Made by a program: the position numbers and the translations under genes. A DNA stretch of 64,000 bases from Octopus vulgaris. Lineage: Eukaryota. The notes beneath the pieces are model-generated. The model searched no databases, was not told the origin of the DNA, and saw nothing but the letters and a program-made list of their open reading frames with translations. Location of the stretch: positions 16,058,001 through 16,122,000 of the forward strand of contig OX597842.1 in assembly GCA_951406725.2 (NCBI GenBank), given 5' to 3'. Shown one piece after another: positions 1 through 64,000 of the stretch. Each line of letters starts with the position of its first letter. Position 1 is the first letter of the stretch.

Positions 1-207
1 ATTAATGCCTCCGTTTCTGGGATAACACAGGTGATGTGTCAGCATCTCCCGACCTCAGGGTATTCCGTTGTCAGAGACCACGTGTAAGCAGGGAAGTTCA
101 AGACAGAGAATTCACGGAATATAAAAGAATAAATCAGATGACAGAAGAATAAAGACAAAAGAATAAAATTCTAAATCTATAGAGAGATATAGATATTAAA
201 TATATAT

Positions 208-341
208 CTTTCGGTTCCCGTCTAACAAATCCACTCACAAGACTTTGGTCGGAAACGATGCTATAGCAGAAGACACTTGTCGAAGGTGCCATGTAGTGGG
301 ACTGAACCTGGAACCATATGGTTGGTTTGCAAGCTACTTAT
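208..341 (-). mobile_element. tRNA-derived SINE family A, 5' fragment
   Basis: Matches the head of copies at 12521-12960 and 16660-17031. Confidence 0.8.
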
Positions 342-441
342 ACATACAGAATACATACACACACGCACTTACATAAACATACACATCATGCATATATATA
401 TATATATATATATATATCACATATGTGTGTGTGAATGTATA

Positions 442-488
<47 letters not shown>

Positions 489-569
489 GGAGGTGATGTG
501 AAGGCACAGGGCTCAGTGGTTAAAGGGTCGAGCATACGATAGGTTGTGAGTTCGATTCCCGGATATACA

Positions 570-1251
570 CCAGTGTATAACCAGTACGCGTAATAAAGTA
601 CGATTTTACATTGGAATCACATCGTTAGAGTTATCTAAAAGAATTTATATCCATTACTCAACATTTAGGGATAGAAATAAACGGAATAGTACCGGTCTCA
701 GCAAACTGATTTGGGATTTAAAAGACCACAATGAACAATTTCATTTAGAATGGTTGATCCTCTCAATTTCGATACCATATGACAAAGGCAAGAAATTCTG
801 TCTTCTCTGCAATTCTGAGCTATTTTTCATAATTCTTTTCTAAAAATACTCTAGTAAACACGGTTATAGAGTGAGCATACAGATGTAAGCATTGGCAAAA
901 ACATACTTTTAGTGCATATAAGTAGTCTCTATCATTATATATAATTTAAACTTTAATTTCCTTTATATTTAACATCTAATATTAATATCCTTACTCTTTC
1001 TGTTAGCTACTTCTGACGTTATATCATATAAGGTTTTTTTAAACAATATTAATAGCGTTCTGTCTATCGCTATACAAATCCATCATCTTTTGCTAAAATG
1101 TCTTATTGACGAGTTTCATTTTTTTCACTTTCCTGAGGAGAAGATTGCATTGTTTATACCATTTATTCTTTTGAATAGTATCAGTGGAATTTTCGAAACA
1201 TGTGTCGAAAGTAAAAATATTTGATTACACCTGCGTTAACTGCATTTTTTA

Positions 1252-1255
<4 letters not shown>
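570..1255 (+). mobile_element. Penelope-like element 3' fragment (GIY-YIG endonuclease and 3' repeat)
   Basis: From 601: RFYIGITSLELSKRIYIHYSTFRDRNKRNSTGLSKLIWDLKD...FCLLCNSELF, homologous to the end of ORF 46705-48195; ends at (TA)n. Confidence 0.85.
1127..1212 (+). ncRNA. Type I hammerhead ribozyme motif
   Basis: actttc-CTGAGGA-gaagatt...aattttc-GAAA-C(atgt)G-TC-gaaagt; stems I-III pair; GUC site 1204-1206. Confidence 0.8.
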
Positions 1256-1293
<38 letters not shown>

Positions 1294-1294
<1 letters not shown>

Positions 1295-1609
1295 GTAACA
1301 GTAGGGGATTACACCACCGCTGTTTAGCCCTAGGAAGCATCGACGCTTCCTGTCGGCTTCGACACATTTACTGTGTCCTTATATATTTACGAAGGGGAGA
1401 CAAATACCCCCAACAGCTAGGCCTGCATCTAGAGACACGCATGTTTCGGGGTCTCTGCCCATCATCGGTCTAGAGTAGCAAAAGCCTGCTAGCTGAAGAC
1501 ATCTGTCCCTTCATAAATATATAAGGACACAGAAAATGTGTCGAAGCCGACAGGAAGCGTCCATGCTTCCTAGGGATAAACAGCGTTGGTGTAATTCCCT
1601 ACTGTCACG
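1294..1609. repeat. Long inverted repeat with a hammerhead-like motif in the spacer
   Basis: About 100 bp near-identical inverted arms; spacer on minus strand reads tctaga-CCGATGA-tggg..cccc-GAAA-catgcgtg-TC-tctaga. Confidence 0.8.
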
Positions 1610-1696
1610 TTATGTTGACAGTATACAACCATTCTATCGCCCCACCACCGTACATATCTCTATGAGATATTTAGAAATTTAATATTTCTGATATAT

Positions 1697-1727
<31 letters not shown>

Positions 1728-1908
1728 CGGTAAAATTATATATAATTATAACAATGAGGGTCTTTGCAACAGCTTGCTTAGCAACTTGTTGCAAAACCAT
1801 CATTGTTATAATTATATATGATTTTACCGAATATGGTCCTTTTCCATACCGAAATACTACTTGGTGAAATTTGTTGATTTTATTAAATTAATTATATTTC
1901 ACCCTTTA

Positions 1909-1912
<4 letters not shown>
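1728..1912 (+). mobile_element. Palindromic non-autonomous element in (TA)n, same family as 6662-7027
   Basis: Hairpin followed by tail atatggtccttttccataccgaaa...ttcaccc shared with 6940-7027. Confidence 0.7.
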
Positions 1913-1947
<35 letters not shown>

Positions 1948-2859
1948 CCAAAAAGAACATTGCAAGTAATGCCATACGTTTTAAAATAAATAGGATATAT
2001 AAACTAAATAACTAATTCTGGTTTCACAAAAATATCAAGAGTCTTAGGCTAGAAAATTTTAAATAATGATTTCTCATTTAGGAACCAGGCCATCAATTTG
2101 TGGGGAGGTACAAGTGGGTTCAAGTGGCTCAGTACATTACTGGTGCTTTATTTTATTGACTCTGTATAGAAGAAATGTAAAGCTAATCTCATCGGGATTG
2201 GACTTAGAAAGTAATAAGCTATCACTCTATACTGCAAGGCACGTTGTCCGATGCTTAGTCAGAAGGCCAGTAATTTAAAGGGAAGGGGAAAGTCGATCAA
2301 ACTGACTTCAGTTACTGGTACAACAGAACAAACTCTGGAGAATTTATTATTATTTTCGCTGACACAAATTGTCAATCAGCTCAACAGGAAAATAAAGAAA
2401 CAGATGACAGGAATGAGAACAATAATTGGAATGTTCCATTTGTTTTCATAACGGATGTATGTAGCCAACGTTCATGCGGGCGAGTCACAAACATTTTAGG
2501 GCATTGATAAACTTCAACCGTAAGAAGATCAAGGATTTCGAGACACAGCACACCTGTTTCAGGACACACAGAAAACAAGGAAATTGTTGGTAAAAAATAT
2601 GCTTTACAACCAATTAGAGTTTATAAAAATTTAAGCCTGGAAACCGCCCCAGTCTGTAACATGCAAGTGAGTTTACTGCTACTCTACAAGTTAATATTTA
2701 ATTTCTCTATGATTTCTCTACCAATCACCAACACAGATGCCAGGTAATAAGGACTTCAATGACGAACTGCTTATATTCAGAGCAGAAGCTTTTTACGGAA
2801 TAAGGAATTAACAAGATCAATAGGACTTAAGTAATTTTTCTTTCAAATTCTTTTCAAAA

Positions 2860-3760
2860 CATTTTGGCAGAGGAAGGAGTATTTCGTGGTACGATGTATG
2901 AAAATTATTCTATAGTAGAAAAGAAAGCACTTGCTATCTTGGTGAGGAAATGCAACAAGGAGTATGATTCTGAGACGGAACGAATGAAAGGGGAAACTCA
3001 TCGGGATGCTGAAAGGAAACGACATGACCCAGACATCCCAAAACAGGGATATCTGCCCAAATCAGTTCTGTTGTTTTACTCGAATTTGTCTGGGGTCAAA
3101 AACTCTGATCGGATAACCGATTCTGCTGTTAAAGTAACCAAACGCTGATATAAAAAATATCCGAAGGCCGATTTTGACAGCGCTGAAAATGTTCAAAGAA
3201 ACGTTTTCAGTGCTGCAAGAGGTCATAAAACAAAAGTATCAGGTGTGAGAGGCGCCCATTTTGAATGGTTTGTGGATGCTAGAACATCACTGCATGCAAG
3301 ATTACCACAAGCTGTTTTCCTATTACAGGCTGAGAAACTTTATGACGAGTGTATTTGCCAACACCCAGACACACCAACTGAGAAAAAGATTTGTTTTTCA
3401 AAGAGCAGGATGTAAGTTTGGCAAAAAGAGTATCGGGTATAACGAAATTTCCAAACAAACACATTTCAATCGCCAAAGAGTAATTTGTTGTGCGCATTCA
3501 GGATTATTTGAAGAACACATGGAGAGTGCGTCGTTACTTCCCTGACAAATTTGGCGTAGATCTTCCTGATTATCAATGGAGATCAAATGCCCTGGCAACG
3601 GAATGAAAGTAGCTGGCAAGCTTCCTTAACGGAAATCAAGATACATTCGTCAAAGAAAATTACCATTTGTCGAGGGAACGTATCACAGGTTGGCAATGAT
3701 TCCAAGCTCATTCTTATCCCAGAATTTGTATTTAAAGGAACTGGAAAGGACCAGCACAAC
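2860..3760 (+). mobile_element. Decayed pogo/Tigger-like DDE transposase
   Basis: Frameshifted fragments [37 protein letters not shown]; family recognised by eye. Confidence 0.5.
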
Positions 3761-3831
3761 CGAATGTGTGTGTATATATGTATACCTATAGAGGGATATA
3801 TATTTATGCGTGTGTAAATATACATATATAG

Positions 3832-4170
<339 letters not shown>

Positions 4171-4779
4171 ACACGTGTCCGTGGTGAATCACTCCTCATG
4201 AGGTTGTCTTCCAACCATAATTATACGAACCTCGGTCGAAATCGATTGTTTTTCAAACGTCATGTGTGTGAGTGTATGTAGGAGCGAGAGTGTGTGTGTA
4301 CGTATGTATGTATATGTGTCCCAATCTAAGCTAGCTAGCCAAGCAGCCTTTCACCCCCTAGACATTATAGCCTGCATATACCATTCTTCCTTACTTCTAG
4401 TACCATTCCTTTGTTTTAAACTCAATCCATCTTTGACCATCCATTCCCTTCGACACCAGTTTTTTTTTTTATCAACGCTTATTTTTCTAAATTTACAAGT
4501 GTTTGCAACTCTTATTGAAGAAAGTAAATCCTAAGTGAAAATTGTAGCAATGTTTCATTCGCTAACCAAACGGGCATATAACAGCATGACTGCCAAAATT
4601 CAGGGTCTGCAGTGAGACACAGGATTATGTATACACACTTGTGTGTCCATATCTTGCATTAGGTAAGGAGTATGGAGTTTGTTCATACTCCTTATTCTGC
4701 ATATCAACAAAGTTTATTTCCCATGAAGTTGCCAGGATCCTGTCTTCTTTCCTACTTATTAAAACTTTCTCGTCGTTGC

Positions 4780-5550
4780 TAAGTTTATCTAAGGACTCAT
4801 ACCAGTGTAAAATCCAGGGCACTAAGTAAACATGCACATATTCATACAGGAGATATCGTTTTGATATATGTGGTAAATCTGTGGTGAATCCGTCTACAGC
4901 AAGGAAAGCAGATTAGTGTTCTGTCTGTGGTGAATCATTCTCTGTATGAAGACATTTCCCCAAGCACAAACTCATTCAACGGGAAGCGAAATCATATTGT
5001 GATCTTTGTGGCAAATCGTTCTCTCGCCTAACAAGTGTTCTCATACATGGGAAAAGCCATATCGCTGTGACATCTGTGACAAATCATTCTAGCAAAATGT
5101 TAATTTAGCTATTTACCTATTTCTTTATTACACACAAGAGGCTAAACATAGAGGGGACAAACAAGGACAGACATAGGTATTAAGTCGATTACATCGACCC
5201 CAGTGCGTAACTGGTACTTAATTTATCGACCCAGAAAGGATGAAAGGCAAAGTCGACCTCGGCGAAATTTGAACTCAGAACGTAAAGGCAGACGAAATAC
5301 GGCTAAGCATTTCGCCCGGCGTGCTAACGTTTCTGCCAGCTCGCCGCCTTACCAAGGCTTTCATACAAGGGAGAAATACATATCAGTATGGTGTTTGTGG
5401 TAGCTCGTTCTTTACGAGTAGTAAGTAACTATACACTATCATAGTCATACGGGAGGGAACATTTCATATCTCTATTATGTCTGTGGTAAATAATTCTCTT
5501 TAAATGGCTCCTTATCTATTCACACAGAAGAGAAGGCATTTCACTGTTAT
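4780..5550 (+). pseudogene. Decayed C2H2 zinc-finger array interrupted by a SINE
   Basis: Repeated degenerate catacaggaga..ccatat..tgtgat.tctgtggtaaatcattct units; best unit HTWEKPYRCDICDKSF* at about 5043-5092. Confidence 0.75.
5138..5350 (-). mobile_element. tRNA-derived SINE family D
   Basis: Head aaggcggcgagctggcagaaacgttagc and B box gagttcaaattt; decayed copies near 2080-2270, 14415-14620, 24150-24290, 25860-26040, 42820-42975. Confidence 0.75.
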
Positions 5551-5899
5551 TGATAACCTGGTATGCCATTAAAAAAGGACAGCTAATTAATGCTTATGTA
5601 ATTATACAGAGGAGTTACTGGATGAACGTCAAAAATCATTTGATGAAAGAAACGTCTTTTATACGAATAAAGGCATCCAAAGAGCAAAGAAGATATAACT
5701 GTGTTTTATAAGCACTGCTTATCACATTGGTAGCATTGCTTCCCATTGTGGTATTTTCAATTGGAAATTGTTCTTTCATAATATTCATGAACATTCCATC
5801 TAAGATATTTCCTGGGCGAAGAAAAGACATTATTGATATATTTCGTCCTTGTGTGTAAATAGATGGAATATTTTCATGTGTCAGTGATGACATTATTGT

Positions 5900-5945
<46 letters not shown>

Positions 5946-5951
<6 letters not shown>

Positions 5952-6122
5952 GATAAAACCACTATTAGGCAAATCAAACAGTGAAAAACATAAACCAAAA
6001 CAGAAATAAAATGAATTAATTTGCCTAATAGTGGTTTTATCTCTAATTTAATTTATATTTATACTGTAAAATTAGAGTTAATCCTAAATCTAATTTTTTC
6101 CTGTAAGTTTGTATTTACTCCA

Positions 6123-6128
<6 letters not shown>
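5946..6128. repeat. Short palindromic element in (TA)n
   Basis: attagagataaaaccactattaggcaaat and its exact reverse complement near 6019-6047; related fragment at 46395-46470. Confidence 0.7.
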
Positions 6129-6183
<55 letters not shown>

Positions 6184-6661
6184 GTACAAAGTAAGATAGG
6201 GTTATGAAAGTAACTCACTATGGGATATCAGTTATCCAATATACTGCTGGTGAAGCACCCAAATGCCAAATACATAAATGCTTATAATTGCAATGCAATT
6301 AATTCATTTATTGTATTGAATGGGTGAAGGTAAAAAATATTTTACCGTAAATTCATAATACAAATAAGAAACTGGAGGAACAAATTCATTTCGATGATCA
6401 ACCTACGGATATTACATGGGTATATCCTTCATCGATAATTCGATCCAAATTTTCTCCATTTTACCAACAGTATTCATTATGAGGAATTGATGTACTATAC
6501 TTGAATGCACTCACGTATACCAACAATACTTTAAATATTGCATAGATACTTCATACATACAAGCATTAGCAATGGATATTCCTCAAAAAATTAACTTTAT
6601 AGTACGAAGTAAGATAGGGGCTATGAAAGTAACCCACTATGGGATATCAGTTATCCAATAT

Positions 6662-7027
6662 ATATATAATTATAATAAAGGGTTATTTGCAACAAGTTGC
6701 TTAAACCACATACCGAAAATATTAGAAATAGCAGCCAAATAGGTTACCATTACTATTACTACAAAAATAAGTCGCCACAAACAACAGTATTTGTAACCCG
6801 TATATGGTAAAAAGAAGGAAGACAACGAAATCACACAGTAGTAATAGTAATGGTAACCTATTTGGCTGCTATTTCTAATATTTTCGGTATGTAGTTTAAG
6901 CAACTTGTTGCAAATAACCCTTTATTATAATTATATATAATTTTTACCAAATATGGTCCTTTCCATACCGAAAGACTGCTAGGTGAAATTTATTAATTTT
7001 ATTAAATTAATTATATTTCACCCTTAT
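6662..7027 (+). mobile_element. Palindromic non-autonomous element (about 100 bp arms plus tail)
   Basis: 6662-6760 is the near-perfect reverse complement of 6837-6937; tail shared with 1728-1912. Confidence 0.75.
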
Positions 7028-7028
7028 A

Positions 7029-7311
7029 TGGCCCAGTGGTTAAGGCAGCGGACTCGCGGTCGTAGGATCGCGGTTTCGATTCCCAGACCGGGCGTTGTGA
7101 CTGTTTATTGAGCGAAAACACCTAAAAGCTCCACGATGCTCCCGCAGGGGGTGGTGATCCCTGCTGTACTCTTTCTCCCACTCTTTCTTCTGTTGGCCTG
7201 CTCGCTTAGCCAGCGGGCTGGCATCATTCGAAGGCTAAAACAATGCGAACGCATTGTGACCAGCGATGTGTAACAAAATCTGATAGTCTGGTCGGTCACG
7301 TGATCACGTGA
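7029..7311 (+). mobile_element. tRNA-derived SINE family B, tail type 1
   Basis: A box tggcccagtgg, B box ggtttcgattcc; head and body match 17385 and 22729; ends gtcacgtgatcacgtga. Confidence 0.85.
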
Positions 7312-8337
7312 TATATATATATATACTGAATGTTATACACATTATTTCATGTATGTATATTCTGTTCTGATGTTAATGTATCTATCCCATCATGTTGTTG
7401 ATAAAATCTTTATTTTTATATAATTATACTTTCGTTCATTACTTTCCGTGTCATGCGCCAGGAACTTCATTTGAAAGGAGAAACATTTTACTGACAATAA
7501 TGTTTTCTCATTTTATTAAATAAACAGTATTATTTTACGGAGATGTACTTGCATAGCAAGTAATATGATCTGAGATCGTGTGCTTGAACGATAACAATTG
7601 CAGCGTGGAAGGTGTTTGTAAGCCATTTAAGAAACACACAAAAGCCGTTCGATTCACTTCAACATTTAAGTTTAATTTGTCAAAATATTTTCGTCGCTAA
7701 AATCCGCGACCTCTCCACTGACAAAACTCCGTACTGCATCTCAGTATTATTTTATTTAAATGCAAACCAAATCCAAAAACGAAGTATTCTTTTATTTAAA
7801 TGAAATACTTAGCCCAGAAAATATACTTTTCCTTACGAGTGCAATAAGATATCGTAAAAACGGTGCGAAGTGAAAAGATGTACAAACAAATGAAACTTTA
7901 ACCCCGGAAAACTGAATCAGTTGTTTTCATTAATTATGTTCCGATGTGTATTTTAATTTAAGCAACAGTTATTAATGAAAATAATATATATTGGCTCTTT
8001 TCAATTACTGGGCTTCTTCTCCTAAAACGGAAAATATTTTTGGAATGAACAGTCTGAATTGAGAAAATTGTTTATATGTAACTATGTTTAGTAGAGAAAC
8101 CTACAGAATTTCCGCTGGTTTCTACTATTTTATATAATTTTTGTCATTACTTTCAACTGGTCCTTTCATGATCTGACGGTTTTGAGGAATGTTAATTTGC
8201 AAGTTTTCATCTACCATTAATGTTTTAATTCTTATAATCCAAGGTAGATTATATATTTGGTGGATTATCGTCGTTATTATTCTCATCAATGTTTCTTTTT
8301 TCTGTCAATTCACAGACATTTGTTTTTATATTTCCAT

Positions 8338-62666
<54,329 letters not shown>

Positions 62667-64000
62667 TTGGAACACAAAATGGAGTTAAGAAGCAATTTTA
62701 TGAGACATTTAGGAAAAAGGTTTGGTTAAACAATTAGATTTTTTGCGCACCGTGCCTGAAAGGTGCAGCTCTATCTAAAATACTCCGTGTCACGTTGAAA
62801 GGTCGGTCTTCTTTTAATTCCCAGGCATACTTTGCCAAGCTGGTCTTCATCCTACTTTCGGGGTTTCCGAAGGAATTTTTATGCGAATAAAATCGGGTTT
62901 TGAAAGAATTTTCAGAAGCCCCGGTACAAGTTCTATATTAGCGTGAGCCTTCTATCTGCACCTTGGCTCTATACACGATTCCTTTCTCCAGACATTTTAC
63001 TTCCAACGGACAGGAGGTTCCATCATTTCAATTATAATTGTTAAAAAGAGAATAGGCACTATGATTATTAGCAGTTATCCTACTGTTGTGTTGGTTAAAA
63101 AAAAAGAGGCGAAGTGCACGGTGCACATAAAAGACCCATCAAATCTGATTTATGCCTGCTGGAAAAATATTTTATTTCATTCCAGGACAATAACTCTTTA
63201 AATCAAAGAAGCGAACTCTTGAATTCCTGCAGACACGCAACTGAATTTAAAATGTCGGTTAGCGATATACCATATGGATAGTGTATATTTTATTGGTTCT
63301 TGGACTAGTTTTTGATCACACTGTTGGATTTGTTTCTTATTATACATGATTTATTTCGCATCGCAAAGTTATTGTATATATTTCGAGATATTTCTCAAGA
63401 AAAACCTTCGACTGTTATACGTAAATATTATTTTCTTGTTTAAGTTTCTACATTTATTTTATTTCATTGTATTTTTATAAACCCATTTTAATCGCTTAAT
63501 TTATAGATAATTCGATTTAGAGTGTTCTAATTTGCATATCTTTTATTCGAATTTTATTATTATGCACTCAGCAATTTTTTTTTAAATGTTGTTTGAATAT
63601 ATACGTCAGGACGTAGAGATGCTTTTATGTGGATATTTGTATTGTTGGCATGCATCTATGTATATGTGTAGGTAAGCGTGTATGTTTATAATTGTGCACA
63701 TACATACATGGATGTATATGTATGCACGTGTTCACTTAGATTTGTGCAGATGTATATTTACGCACTTTCTTCCATATATTTATAAATGTGATCTGATATG
63801 TGTATTTATGCTAATATACACTTTTGTATAAACATGTATACGTAATTTTATTTTGTGTGCGTTCGTTGCACATATTCAGCCACCTATTTTTCTTTCTTCC
63901 TTCTTTTCCTTTCCTTACGGAAGGTATTTTTCTTTCCCCATTCGTTATTTGTATACAGTCCTTTAACTTCTCACTTCTCTCCCTCCTCCCACTCACCACT

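Noticed and set aside
7029-7100. tRNA genes here and at 17388, 58825, 12960
   Set aside because: tRNA-like heads run into SINE bodies; no cloverleaf 3' end
7677-7724. Minus-strand hammerhead-like fold; similar weak ones at about 4195-4250, 9490-9520 and 34200-34235
   Set aside because: Catalytic core or stems broken (for example GTGGAGA); relics at best

Overview
AT-rich, microsatellite- and SINE-dense metazoan genomic DNA; the SINE families, decayed C2H2-ZNF array and gene style suggest an octopus or other coleoid cephalopod (inference). Nearly all ORFs in the supplied track are microsatellite artefacts. One multi-exon minus-strand gene spans almost the whole window (about 62.7 kb down to 8.3 kb; its 5' end lies beyond the window). 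I traced 19 exons by splice sites and phase; they encode an adhesion GPCR with the order LRRs - LRR-CT - Ly6/uPAR (three-finger) domain - HormR - GAIN/GPS (HL|TSFALLM) - 7TM. A three-finger module where ADGRA-type receptors carry an Ig domain is the most unusual feature. The model has two lesions: a frameshift at the end of one GAIN exon and an LRR exon without canonical splice sites. Introns and flanks hold Penelope-like element remnants with several type-I hammerhead ribozyme motifs, four tRNA-derived SINE families with swapped heads and tails, mariner/Tc1/pogo, Helitron, CR1/L2 and Gypsy remnants, and a C2H2 zinc-finger pseudogene. All translations and folds were read by eye.
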